From: Nitrosopumilus maritimus SCM1
GTDB lineage: Archaea; Thermoproteota; Nitrososphaeria; Nitrososphaerales; Nitrosopumilaceae
Length of the DNA: 32,000 nucleotides
Assembly (NCBI RefSeq): GCF_000018465.1
Contig: NC_010085.1
Location: 1,260,001 to 1,292,000 of the forward strand
Direction: 5' to 3'
Positions 16,580 through 26,200 of this stretch are shown one piece after another (within the stretch, counting starts at the first letter, position 1; each line of letters opens with the position of its first letter). The notes beneath the pieces are model-generated. The model saw only the letters and a program-made list of their open reading frames with translations, was not told the DNA's origin and searched no databases. The translations under genes were made by a program, and so were the position numbers.

Positions 16580-17728
16580 TTGGAAATACCAAATGAATCA
16601 CTTCAAGAAATTGTTGAAGGAAAGACAAAATTGTTAGTTCCAAAAGGATCAATTACAGAAAAAGTTCCACCAAAAGAACCAGCATTTTTTAATCCAAAAG
16701 CAAGGTTGAATAGAGATTTTTCAATTATTGCATATGCAGCGTTTTTAAAAAATTTTCAAGGTCCAAAAATTTTCTTGGAAGGATTATCAGGTATTGGTGC
16801 TAGGGGATTACGAGTTGCAAATGAATTAAAAATTGATAATTTGGTAATCAACGATCTTAATCCAACTGCATTGAAGATGGCTGAATATTCAGCAAAACTC
16901 AATGAAATCAAAAATGTAGAATTTTTGGAAAAAGAGGTGTGTAGATTTTTTAGTAATTTTTCAAAAAAAGGTGAAAGAGGTTCGATTGTAGATATAGACC
17001 CATTTGGCTCTCCTGCGGCATTTTTTGACTGTGGGATCAGGGCAACCATGCATGGAGGGATTTTATCAGTTGCAGCCACAGATTTGCAGGTGCTAAATGG
17101 ACTTTTCCAGAGTGCCTGCAAGAGAAAATACGGAGGGGTTCCAGTCAGAGCTGAATACGGAAATGAGATTGCAATTAGATTGGTGCTTGGATGTCTGAGA
17201 ATGGTAGCAGCAAGATTAGGAGTAGAAGTGGAACCCATGTTTGTTGAAAGTGACATGCACTACTATAGAACATATGTCAAAGTTCGAAACAGACCTGATC
17301 AAGATGAAAACATTGGATATATTTTACATTGCAAAAATTGTGGGCATCGAGAAATGGCGTTAGAACAAAAACAAGAATGCAAATTATGTAAATCAAAAAT
17401 CAGCATTGCAGGTCCATTATGGATTGGAAAAATTTTTGATAAAAAATTCATTGAAAATATGTTAATCCAGATTCCAAATTTAGAAGTGGATAAAGTTTGT
17501 GAAAAAACACTAAACAAATGTATGCTAGAGGCAGAGATGCCAGGAATGTATTACACATTAGATGAAATTGCAAAAAAGATGAAATCATCTCCACCAAAAT
17601 TAGAAGATGTTATTGAAAACTTAAAAAAAAATAAGTTCGTAGCTAGTATAACATCATTTAGTCCGACAGGATTTAGAACTAATGCAAACATTAACGAGAT
17701 AACAAAAATTTTTGAGACTATCCAATAA
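16580..17728 (+). CDS. trm1: tRNA (guanine-26-N2)-dimethyltransferase Trm1
   Basis: 'FFNPKARLNRDFSI', 'GIGARGLRVANE', 'VDIDPFGSPAAFFD', 'LSVAATDLQVLNG', zinc motif 'CKNCGH...CKLCKS'. Confidence 0.94.
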   Translation: MEIPNESLQEIVEGKTKLLVPKGSITEKVPPKEPAFFNPKARLNRDFSIIAYAAFLKNFQGPKIFLEGLSGIGARGLRVANELKIDNLVINDLNPTALKMAEYSAKLNEIKNVEFLEKEVCRFFSNFSKKGERGSIVDIDPFGSPAAFFDCGIRATMHGGILSVAATDLQVLNGLFQSACKRKYGGVPVRAEYGNEIAIRLVLGCLRMVAARLGVEVEPMFVESDMHYYRTYVKVRNRPDQDENIGYILHCKNCGHREMALEQKQECKLCKSKISIAGPLWIGKIFDKKFIENMLIQIPNLEVDKVCEKTLNKCMLEAEMPGMYYTLDEIAKKMKSSPPKLEDVIENLKKNKFVASITSFSPTGFRTNANINEITKIFETIQ

Positions 17729-18311
17729 AACCTAAACAGACATAATATAACTCACTACTTTGCTTTCTGCTAGCTTTAGGTTTTGTGAGGTTTATTCTTG
17801 CAAATTTTTTCTTTACATAATCTCTAAACTCCATAGAATATTCACCATCAAAGACCTTGAATACAGCATTACCTTTGTGTGCTAGTACTTTATCCATGAT
17901 TTTGGTGCAATCATAATTTAGAGAAATTTGTTTTGCATGATCAACAGACCAATTTCCACTAACTTTGGGGGAAAGATCACAAATCACAGCATTAACTTTA
18001 CGCTCAAAATAGTTCATTACATCATCAACCACATTCTCATCTTCAATATCACCTCTCAAAATTTCTGCTCCTGGAATTTCCTCAACATAAGACAAGTCAA
18101 TCCCCATAACTTTGCCCTGGTTTCCTGCTAGCTTGATTGCCATCTGGGTCCAGCCACCAGGAGCACAGCCAAGGTCAAGAACGTAAAAACCAGGACCGAT
18201 AATTCGATAAGACTGATTTAGTTCTTTGAGTTTGTATGCAGCTCTGCTTCGAAAACCTTGCTCATGTGCTAATTTTCGATAGTGATCTTTTCGTGCATCT
18301 AATAGTTTCAT
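17718..18311 (-). CDS. rlmE: FtsJ/RlmE-family 2'-O-ribose rRNA methyltransferase
   Basis: 'FRSRAAYKLKELN', 'VLDLGCAPGGWTQ', 'VICDLSPKVSG', 'KPKASRKQSSELYYVC'. Confidence 0.92.
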   Translation of the reverse strand: MKLLDARKDHYRKLAHEQGFRSRAAYKLKELNQSYRIIGPGFYVLDLGCAPGGWTQMAIKLAGNQGKVMGIDLSYVEEIPGAEILRGDIEDENVVDDVMNYFERKVNAVICDLSPKVSGNWSVDHAKQISLNYDCTKIMDKVLAHKGNAVFKVFDGEYSMEFRDYVKKKFARINLTKPKASRKQSSELYYVCLGFIG

Positions 18312-19186
18312 TTGGCCTTCGCAGGTTTTTTCATCTCAGCAATTACCCAATCTTCAATGAATTGGCAGTTTCTAGGACTGATTTCACCTTCAAGTGAGCA
18401 TTTCTGTTCAACAGGACAAACCAAGCAGGGAGAATTTTCAATTGACTGTGTACTAATTGGAGTTTTCTTTAAAATTAATTTGTATGTCCAACGATTCTTT
18501 TCAAGCATTTTTTCTCTAGTGATAAAACCAATTCTTTCAAGTTTTAATGACAGACGGGAACCATCACGACTTGTAAGTTTGAGTTTCTTCCACAATTCAC
18601 TTTGAAACATTCCTTCTGATTCACGTTCAGCCAAAATATCACAGACTTTGTTTGTGAGTCTTTCCATGTCTACTTTTTCTATTTGGAAATTTTCAATTTC
18701 TTCATCAGATAATTGCTCTTCTAATTCTTCCTCAGGGGTTAATTCTTCGATTCTTTTTTGCTCTTCTAATTCTTTTTTGGTTAATTTTTTAGGTTTTTCA
18801 GGTTTTGCTTCTGCTTTCTTTGTTGTTTTCTTTGTAGGTTTTGCTTCTGCTTTCTTTGTTGTTTTCTTTGTAGGTTTTGCTTCTGCTTTCTTTGTTGTTT
18901 TCTTTGTAGGTTTTGCTTCTGCTTTCTTTGTTGTTTTCTTTGTAGGTTTTGCTTCTGCTTTCTTTGTTGTTTTCTTTGTAGGTTTTGCTTCTGCTTTCTT
19001 TGTTGTTTTCTTTGTAGGTTTTGCTTCTGCTTTCTTTGTTGTTTTCTTTGTAGGTTTTGCTTCTGCTTTCTTTGTAGATTTTTTAGGTTTTGAATCTAGA
19101 ATCTCTGTTTTCTTTTTTAATGCATCAATTTCTGCTTTGATTTTCTTTGCTTCATCAACTAATTCTTCTTTTTTCTTTGCCATCAA
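18308..19186 (-). CDS. RPC34/RPC39-like (Pol III subunit homologue) winged-helix Fe-S protein with N-terminal lysine-rich repeats
   Basis: C-terminus 'SPCLVCPVEQKCSLEGEISPRNCQFIEDWV' resembles the eukaryotic RPC39 C-terminal Cys cluster (CxxCPxxxxC..GGEISPxNC); preceded by 'FQSELWKKLKLTSRDGSRLSLKLERIGFITREK' winged helix. Confidence 0.8.
   Translation of the reverse strand: MMAKKKEELVDEAKKIKAEIDALKKKTEILDSKPKKSTKKAEAKPTKKTTKKAEAKPTKKTTKKAEAKPTKKTTKKAEAKPTKKTTKKAEAKPTKKTTKKAEAKPTKKTTKKAEAKPTKKTTKKAEAKPEKPKKLTKKELEEQKRIEELTPEEELEEQLSDEEIENFQIEKVDMERLTNKVCDILAERESEGMFQSELWKKLKLTSRDGSRLSLKLERIGFITREKMLEKNRWTYKLILKKTPISTQSIENSPCLVCPVEQKCSLEGEISPRNCQFIEDWVIAEMKKPAKAK
18801..19076. repeat. Minisatellite: 36-bp unit ggttttgcttctgctttctttgttgttttctttgta (+ strand), 7 full copies plus a partial
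   Basis: Units at 18801 + 36n (n=0-6), partial at 19053; encodes KKAEAKPTKKTT on the minus strand. Confidence 0.97.
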
Positions 19187-19232
19187 ATCACCTTTTTTTT
19201 AAATTTAATTTCATATTTTCCATATAGTATTC

Positions 19233-19709
19233 CTATTTAACAGTAAATTCTTCACTAGTAGAGATATTTTTTAGATCCTTTGAAATCATTTGTGCTACGA
19301 TTTTGTAGGAACCAGCAGTATCTATAACCTCAGAGAATTTGTCCCCAATTGGAATTAATGCATTTTTTTCAGCAAAACATTGTTCAAGAAATCCGCCTTG
19401 AGTTATCACATCTTCTCCAGAATAAATCGTGATGTATAGATCTCCACAATCAAAATGAGAATCAGAAACTTGGACAAATATCGCTACGGGTTCAGAAGTT
19501 GAGTATGATTTTGAGAGTCCAATTATTTCAATATCAGAACTATGGGCACTTACTCCAGAACCATGTGAGCCTCCTACAGTAGGTGCTGAAGGCATCATGT
19601 TTAATTCTCGTCCAGGCTCTTGCAAAATATCACCCATAACAGCAGAACCAAAAGCAATTGAGAAAATTACTGGTAAGACAAATACAACAAAAATTCTTTT
19701 TGATGCCAT
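19233..19709 (-). CDS. Hypothetical exported protein, 158 aa, beta-rich
   Basis: N-terminal signal-like 'KRIFVVFVLPVIFSIAFGSAVMG'; C-terminal Ig-like strand pattern. Confidence 0.65.
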   Translation of the reverse strand: MASKRIFVVFVLPVIFSIAFGSAVMGDILQEPGRELNMMPSAPTVGGSHGSGVSAHSSDIEIIGLSKSYSTSEPVAIFVQVSDSHFDCGDLYITIYSGEDVITQGGFLEQCFAEKNALIPIGDKFSEVIDTAGSYKIVAQMISKDLKNISTSEEFTVK

Positions 19710-19812
19710 TTTGTTTTCAAATTACTGTTTCCCCTATATCTATTTAGCAAACCCTTTGACTTCAGATCAATTTGACGAATGAGTTAAATCGTAGCCGACT
19801 AAATATCGCTAG

Positions 19813-21906
19813 ATGCGACTTAGAAAATTCAGAGTTAGGGCATATCGTTGCATTCATGATTCTGGAGAAATTACAGTTGGAGACTTGGCAGCATTTATTG
19901 GAAGAAATGAAAGTGGTAAAACTACCATTCTTCAAGCACTGACCCTTCTAAATAGAGGCGAACAAGTTTCAGAGCTAGATCTTTGTGATGAAATGAGTGA
20001 TGAACTCAAAGAAGAGATTAGACTTGCAGAAGGAGAATTTGAATTAAATCAAAATGAGATGGAAATGGTAAAAGAGAAATTTCCAGGCCTTCCAGAAATG
20101 AAAAAAATTAGATTATTTAGGACAAATCAAAATCCCAAAGTGCAATACGAGTTTGACGATATTGAGCTTGGTGAAGAAGAGAATAAGGGACTTAATTCAT
20201 GGGAGAATTTTGCAAAACAGATTATAGAGTTTTTAGATACAATTCCAAATCATCTTAGAATTCAAGTAAACACATCATTCTTTGAAGGAGATGTTCCAAA
20301 CAGCCAAGAATCATTTGATAGAGGAATGGCAGAATTTAGCAATCAATTTCATGTTGTTGCAATGCAAGAACCAAAAGTAATTGAAGAATGGGAAAAGATC
20401 TATGAAAGTCCAGAAAGTCAATTTTCAAATTTACTCAGTGGAAAAAGCGAAAAAACAGCTCTACAAAATTTCATAGAATCAGAGTTACATCCAAGATTTG
20501 TTTATTTTTCAGATTATAAAAAAATCTACGGAAACATAAATCTCAATGAATACATGAGAGAAGAAAAGGGTGAAAGAGCAGATTCTATTGAATATGTTGA
20601 AGAGTTTGACAAGGCAGAAACGGTGAGAAATCTCTTCTATCTAGCAGAGCTGGACATGAATGAGTTAGAAGAAGTAAAAGAGAGCCCATCAAAATGTATC
20701 AAACTACTAAATGCTGCAAGCAACAGATTGACTAGTAAACTAAATCCTGCATGGAAAGGAGATCCAATTCATGTAGACTTGAGATATAATCCAGGAAATA
20801 TTATGAGTGTTGTAATTTCAGATGTACACAAAGATGGAACTGTAACAAATACAGGATTATTAAATAGAAGAGCAGAGGGTTTCAAATGGACGTTCTCTTT
20901 TATTGTAAACTTTGCAGCTGAAACACAAAGAGCAGAATTAAAAGAAGCAATTTTACTTTTAGATGAACCGGCAAGGAATCTTCATCCAACACAACAGATG
21001 GGAATATCGGATTTGTTAAAAAATCTGGCAGGTTCAAATCAAGTTTTGTATGCAACACACTCACCATTTATGATATTTGATTATACTCCAGGAAATTTGC
21101 TTGTTGTAGAATTAGACAAACGAAAACATCTAAGTCGAATATTTTATGATTATTGGAATGCAGATGATAAAACACTTACACCAATTTTGTATGGATTATC
21201 TAGAGGCCAAGTAGAATCAATAGTAGACAGAGAGATAGGAACAAACTCTAGACCAGTAATAATTGTAGAGACAATGTCAGATTCAATGTATCTAAATGCA
21301 TTTGACAAATTCTTACAAGATCCAAACATTTCAATGAATCCACTTAATGTTGTTGCAGCATATAACAAAAATTCAGTTTTGCCATTGGCAATATTTTATA
21401 GAAATCATGGATACAGAACCTTTATTCTATTAGACAATACTGAGGAATCCAAACAAATTTCAGCACAACTAGTTTCAAATGAGTTTTCACCAATTCAGAC
21501 AATTTTCTTTGAATTGGAAGGAAAAAAGCTTGAATCAATTGAAGATTATATTGTTCTTGAAGATTATCTACACCCAGTAAATCAGACTTATGAAATCAAG
21601 TTAAGGCGAGAAGGGTTTTCAAATCTTGCACCAGAAGATGTGTTATCAAAAGAGGGCAAAGGTAATTTAGAAAAATTAAAGAAAATTTGGCAAGAACACA
21701 GTGATGATGATTGGGGTCAATTCAACAATGAAGAGATTACCAGATACATTTGTGAAAAAATATCATTAGAAGAAACCAGCTTTCTGTCAGATAAAACTAA
21801 AGATCAATTCAGATCATTATACAGACTAATTGCAGAACGAATCAGACAATATCAAAATGTTAACGCAAAATCAGATTTAGATAAATTTCAAAAGGCCAAA
21901 GCTTAA
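19813..21906 (+). CDS. OLD-family-like ATP-binding protein (SMC/ABC-type ATPase plus degenerate TOPRIM-like C-domain)
   Basis: 'MRLRKFRVRAYRCI', Walker A 'GRNESGKTT', Walker B/D-loop 'LLLDEPARNLHPTQQ', 'YATHSPFMI', C-terminal 'IIVETMSDSMYLNAF ... FILLDNTEES'. Confidence 0.8.
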   Translation: MRLRKFRVRAYRCIHDSGEITVGDLAAFIGRNESGKTTILQALTLLNRGEQVSELDLCDEMSDELKEEIRLAEGEFELNQNEMEMVKEKFPGLPEMKKIRLFRTNQNPKVQYEFDDIELGEEENKGLNSWENFAKQIIEFLDTIPNHLRIQVNTSFFEGDVPNSQESFDRGMAEFSNQFHVVAMQEPKVIEEWEKIYESPESQFSNLLSGKSEKTALQNFIESELHPRFVYFSDYKKIYGNINLNEYMREEKGERADSIEYVEEFDKAETVRNLFYLAELDMNELEEVKESPSKCIKLLNAASNRLTSKLNPAWKGDPIHVDLRYNPGNIMSVVISDVHKDGTVTNTGLLNRRAEGFKWTFSFIVNFAAETQRAELKEAILLLDEPARNLHPTQQMGISDLLKNLAGSNQVLYATHSPFMIFDYTPGNLLVVELDKRKHLSRIFYDYWNADDKTLTPILYGLSRGQVESIVDREIGTNSRPVIIVETMSDSMYLNAFDKFLQDPNISMNPLNVVAAYNKNSVLPLAIFYRNHGYRTFILLDNTEESKQISAQLVSNEFSPIQTIFFELEGKKLESIEDYIVLEDYLHPVNQTYEIKLRREGFSNLAPEDVLSKEGKGNLEKLKKIWQEHSDDDWGQFNNEEITRYICEKISLEETSFLSDKTKDQFRSLYRLIAERIRQYQNVNAKSDLDKFQKAKA

Positions 21907-21979
21907 GAAGTTTGCTCATGAAAAATACTGAATTTAGAAATAGAAAAAGAGGAAAAAATCTTTAAGGTTTAAGTGAGAG

Positions 21980-24148
21980 ATGACTAGTTTGAATATAATG
22001 AATAAATCCTCGATGAGAGGAATTTTCCTTTCAATTGTACTATTATTTTCAATAACATTAGTTTCAATTCCAGATAACGTGTATGGTCAAGAGATTAATG
22101 CTAACAGTATAGGATTGGAAGAAACCGTGATTATAGAATTTACAAATGAATTAGATAAAGAAATCAATACTTTTAGAATTTGGCTTGGTTCAGGTTTTAA
22201 TTTTGAATCTTTTAAAACCGAAAAAGGATGGTTAGGTGAAAAAACACCACAAGGGGTTATAATTTTTACAACTTCTGAACCTATCAAAAAAGGAGAAACA
22301 GTGAAGTTCGGAATAAAAACGGATACCAAAAATCCAGGAATTAATTGGAAAGCAATTGACACAAAAAGTGAACAACAAGGTATGGGCAAAGTGCTACCAG
22401 AAGAATTACCTAAAGTTGTAGAAAATACTGAGATTAAACCAGTAGAAAACATTGAGGATAAACCAGTAGAAACAGGAATTCTTTCTGATTCAGTTTTTAG
22501 AATAATTCCAGAAAAGCCCAACATAGGGTCATCAATCAGAGTAACTGGAGATAATTTTGGTTCTTCAGAAGAATTTGACTTTTACATAGATAATTCAAAA
22601 ATCGGTAGTTTTGTAACAGATGAGAATGGTCACTTTATGACAACAATGCAGATTCCAGAAAATCAAAATGCAGACAGAGTGGATTTTAAAGTCAAAGATA
22701 GTGAAGGAGGAGAGAAAAAGTATAGTGTGAGAATAGAAGAGATAGACAACAGGATTGCAGAAGAAAATGTTAAACTCACAATCAAAGGAATACCAAATGT
22801 AATTCATAGAGGAGACTTTTTGGAGATTTCAGGTACAGGAGATCCTAATAGTGCAGTTACTGCAGAAATAACTAGTCCAGATGGAGAGATTATTAATGCA
22901 AGAACAGCGGAAATTGATGCCAAAGGAAATTGGGAATTAGCAGAACCAATAGTTGTTGCATTAGACACACCATTTGGCAAATACAGTGCAACAATTACTG
23001 ACGGACGAGAAAGTATACTAAAATCATGGACTGTTGAGTCTGACAAAATAATAATCGTGGCGCCAAACAAATTGAAGTTTGAACCAGGAGAAGTAATGAT
23101 ATTTAATGGAACTGCTTTGCCTAACAAACCAATTGAATTTATTTTGGAAGATCCACAAGGTAAAGAATTATTTTCAGACATTATTCAAATAGATGAATCA
23201 GGGCATGTGGAATTCGAATACGCTACAGTGCAATCATCACCTAAAGGAACATACACATTGATTGCAACACAAGAGAAAGACACAGAATTCATATTTGCAG
23301 GACTCGGTCAATTACCTACAACTCCAGTGAATTTAGAATTTGATGAACTCAATTACAATGCAGGAGATACAGCAATAATTTCAATTACAGGAAAATCTTC
23401 AGAAATTGCTAGTCTGTTAATCATAGACCCATCGGATAAGCCAAAAGGAGATACAGTGTCCATTCAATTAGCACCAGATGGTACTGCAGTATATGAACTG
23501 GACTTGACAGGATTTGCATCAGGAGTGTATTCTGCAGTAGTTAGTAAAGGAACCGCACAAAGTACAGAAATTTTCACAGTAGGATTACAAACAGGTTCAG
23601 GAGAAATCAAAATCAACACTACAAAATTAGATTATTCCCCAGGTGATTCCATTCTAATTCTAGGAGATACAGGAGAAAATGTTTTGTTAACAATATCTTT
23701 GGCAGATCCTGATGGAAACATAGTAAAAGAAAAGGATACTTTTTCAGATAAAAATGGAAAGATTTCTGAAAGTACATTTAGAATTCCATCAGATGGAAAA
23801 GGTGGTATGTGGTCAATTAATGCAAAAAGTGGTTCAAACTTCCACACAATAGAGATCGATGTTATCGCCACAGTTACGGAAGGAGTTCAGATAAGTGTCG
23901 AGGAAGGAATTAATGTTCCGGGTGTTGGTGATTCAATGCAAATCAAGATAGTCGGCGTTAGTCAAACTGTACAAATTGAAATAATTGCAGCAGATGGAAC
24001 AGTCATAGATTCATTAGAATTTGTTGCATCATCTGGAGGAGAAATAAACCAACCATGGATAATTCCTAAAGACACTGCACCAGGAACATATACAATCAAA
24101 GTGGAAGATGCATTTACTTCGGCAGAAGATACTTTTGAGATAAGTTAA
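21980..24148 (+). CDS. Large exported protein with tandem Ig/PKD-like beta domains (thaumarchaeal cell-surface type)
   Basis: Signal peptide 'MRGIFLSIVLLFSITLVSIPDNVYG|QE'; repeating 'FEPGE..../Y.AGD..../YSPGDSI' domain starts. Real start may be an internal ATG. Confidence 0.75.
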   Translation: MTSLNIMNKSSMRGIFLSIVLLFSITLVSIPDNVYGQEINANSIGLEETVIIEFTNELDKEINTFRIWLGSGFNFESFKTEKGWLGEKTPQGVIIFTTSEPIKKGETVKFGIKTDTKNPGINWKAIDTKSEQQGMGKVLPEELPKVVENTEIKPVENIEDKPVETGILSDSVFRIIPEKPNIGSSIRVTGDNFGSSEEFDFYIDNSKIGSFVTDENGHFMTTMQIPENQNADRVDFKVKDSEGGEKKYSVRIEEIDNRIAEENVKLTIKGIPNVIHRGDFLEISGTGDPNSAVTAEITSPDGEIINARTAEIDAKGNWELAEPIVVALDTPFGKYSATITDGRESILKSWTVESDKIIIVAPNKLKFEPGEVMIFNGTALPNKPIEFILEDPQGKELFSDIIQIDESGHVEFEYATVQSSPKGTYTLIATQEKDTEFIFAGLGQLPTTPVNLEFDELNYNAGDTAIISITGKSSEIASLLIIDPSDKPKGDTVSIQLAPDGTAVYELDLTGFASGVYSAVVSKGTAQSTEIFTVGLQTGSGEIKINTTKLDYSPGDSILILGDTGENVLLTISLADPDGNIVKEKDTFSDKNGKISESTFRIPSDGKGGMWSINAKSGSNFHTIEIDVIATVTEGVQISVEEGINVPGVGDSMQIKIVGVSQTVQIEIIAADGTVIDSLEFVASSGGEINQPWIIPKDTAPGTYTIKVEDAFTSAEDTFEIS

Positions 24149-24187
24149 TCTCAAACAATTTTATTTCACCTAAATTTAGCAGCCAGT

Positions 24188-24700
24188 ATGAATCTAAGAG
24201 ACAAAATTGCAGAATATCCAAATTTTCCAAAAAAAGGGATTTTATTTAGAGACTTTAGTCCAATCCTAAAAGATCCATCAGCAATGGAATCAATTGCAGA
24301 TGAATTTTCAAAGTATTTTCATCCAAAAAATATCGACATATTTGCAGGAATAGAATCAAGAGGATTCATTTTAGCATGTATTCTAGCCACAAGATACAAC
24401 AAGGGAATGATGATGATTAGAAAAGCAGGAAAACTGCCTGGAAAGACTACAAAAATTTCATACACAATTGAATATGGTAAAGACACAATAGAAATTCAAA
24501 AAGATATCATTGAAGAAGGGCAAAGAGTGCTCATTTGTGATGATTTGTTAGCTACCGGTGGAACTGCCAAGGCAGCTGCAAAACTAATTGAAAAAGTTGG
24601 AGGAAAAATTGTAGGTTTTGCATTCATCATAGAACTAACCGATCTCAATGGAATGAAAGGTATTAGCAAATACGATTGTAAATCACTGGTGAAATATTAA
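24188..24700 (+). CDS. apt: Adenine phosphoribosyltransferase
   Basis: '[18 protein letters not shown]', '[10 protein letters not shown]', PRPP motif '[17 protein letters not shown]'. Confidence 0.95.
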   Translation: MNLRDKIAEYPNFPKKGILFRDFSPILKDPSAMESIADEFSKYFHPKNIDIFAGIESRGFILACILATRYNKGMMMIRKAGKLPGKTTKISYTIEYGKDTIEIQKDIIEEGQRVLICDDLLATGGTAKAAAKLIEKVGGKIVGFAFIIELTDLNGMKGISKYDCKSLVKY

Positions 24701-25491
24701 TGGAAAAAGACGTAGAGATTGGAATTTTTGGAGGTACTGGAATTTATGATTCAGGATTACTTGAAGATGCAAAGGAAGTAGATATTGACACACCTTATGG
24801 AAAGCCATCAGACACAATAACTGTTGGAACCTTCAAAGGAAGAAAAATTGCATTTCTTCCAAGACATGGAAAAAAACACACCATTCCACCACATATGATT
24901 AATTTTAAAGCAAATATTTGGGCATTCAAAGAACTTGGAGTTACACGAATAATTGCACCATCAGCAGTTGGTAGTCTGAAAGAAGAATTAGCACCAGGAC
25001 ATTTTGTATTACCAACACAGTTTCTAGATTTTACAAAGTCAAGAGATGGTTCATTTTCAGAAGACGGTAGAGTAATTCACATTTCAGTAGCAGATCCATT
25101 CTGTCCAGAATTACAATCATCAATTACTGAAGTGACAGATAGTTTGGATATGAACATTCACAAAGATTGCACATATGTCTGCATTGAAGGTCCCAGATTT
25201 TCTACAAAAGCTGAATCTAAATTCTATAGAACAACTGGTGCAGACATTATTGGAATGACTCTAGTTCCAGAATGTCAGCTAGCAAGAGAAGCACAAATTT
25301 GTTATGCATCAATATCCACAGTAACTGATTATGATGTATGGGCAGAAAAACCAGTAACTGCAAAAGAAGTGTTAGAGACACTTTCAAAAAACGTTGAAGG
25401 AACAAAGAAAATCTTAACAGAATTAATTGAGAAAATTCCTAAAGACAGAAGTTGTTCTTGTGCTAAAGCATTAGAAGAAGCAGAATTCTAA
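24700..25491 (+). CDS. mtnP: S-methyl-5'-thioadenosine phosphorylase (MTAP family)
   Basis: '[13 protein letters not shown]', '[24 protein letters not shown]', '[13 protein letters not shown]', '[15 protein letters not shown]'; starts on the ATG overlapping the apt stop (taatg). Confidence 0.93.
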   Translation: MEKDVEIGIFGGTGIYDSGLLEDAKEVDIDTPYGKPSDTITVGTFKGRKIAFLPRHGKKHTIPPHMINFKANIWAFKELGVTRIIAPSAVGSLKEELAPGHFVLPTQFLDFTKSRDGSFSEDGRVIHISVADPFCPELQSSITEVTDSLDMNIHKDCTYVCIEGPRFSTKAESKFYRTTGADIIGMTLVPECQLAREAQICYASISTVTDYDVWAEKPVTAKEVLETLSKNVEGTKKILTELIEKIPKDRSCSCAKALEEAEF

Positions 25492-25772
25492 TCATCAACA
25501 AATGACTCTTTTTTGAGTCCTTCAGGCAAAGACATGTCTCCTTGAAGCAGATTTCTTTGCAATTCCATTATTACTTCATCAACATCATAACCTAGTTTTT
25601 CTAATTCCTTTTCAGTGACTTTCGAAAGTTTTGCTCCAACATTTTGTCCACCAATCCTTCCAAACGCTATTGCAGTAAAATGAAATTCATGTTCATCAAC
25701 ATTAAATTTACCATTAATTTTTGCAGCCATCTGACTGCCATGAATATCATTAATGTGAACTTTGATTTCCAT
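25488..25772 (-). CDS. Small conserved-looking hypothetical protein, 94 aa
   Basis: Intact ORF, well-behaved codon content, 3' end overlaps mtnP end. Confidence 0.6.
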   Translation of the reverse strand: MEIKVHINDIHGSQMAAKINGKFNVDEHEFHFTAIAFGRIGGQNVGAKLSKVTEKELEKLGYDVDEVIMELQRNLLQGDMSLPEGLKKESFVDD

Positions 25773-25780
25773 TTTAAAAA

Positions 25781-26179
25781 TTAAATTTCTACTGCTTTGT
25801 TGACATTATCATCAATCAAAAAGCTCCAGTGTTTGTCATCTTCAACTTGGTAATCTTTTACTGTTAGAGGAACAATCTTCTCATCAAGACATTCGTGCTT
25901 GATTTCACCATTTTCTTTTAATTTTACTAGTTTCCACTTGTATTTTCCCTGTTGTAATTTACAAACTGTTACTGCCCATTTTGCGTCAGGATCAATTTTT
26001 GGCATCCCTACAAGATCAGCCAATTCTTCAATACCAAGTTGCTTTTCCTCACAGAATCTCTTCTTACACACACCACATCGCCATACATCAACTGAACCAA
26101 TTGTTCTCTCATCAATGTTGATGTTTACTACACCAAAGTAAACTGGTTGGTGTTTACAGGTTTCAGTATCAATAGTCAA
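25781..26179 (-). CDS. Hypothetical protein with zinc-knuckle N-terminus, 132 aa
   Basis: 'CKHQPVYFG...WRCGVCKKRFCEE' Cys/His pattern. Confidence 0.6.
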   Translation of the reverse strand: MTIDTETCKHQPVYFGVVNINIDERTIGSVDVWRCGVCKKRFCEEKQLGIEELADLVGMPKIDPDAKWAVTVCKLQQGKYKWKLVKLKENGEIKHECLDEKIVPLTVKDYQVEDDKHWSFLIDDNVNKAVEI

Positions 26180-26200
26180 TGGTCTTCAAAAATCGTAGTA

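Noticed and set aside
15014-19076. Tandem repeats considered as CRISPR arrays
   Set aside because: Units are contiguous with no unique spacers and maintain protein frames; they are coding minisatellites.
18648-19202. 184-aa plus-strand ORF with (FASAFFVVFFVG)n resembling a membrane protein
   Set aside because: Exact antisense shadow of the 36-bp repeat and the RPC34-like gene; hydrophobicity follows from the complement of Lys/Ala codons.
19710-19812. Possible small RNA or operator in the gap upstream of the OLD-like gene
   Set aside because: AT-rich promoter-like region only; no convincing C/D box (RUGAUGA/CUGA) pairing or stable hairpin seen by eye.
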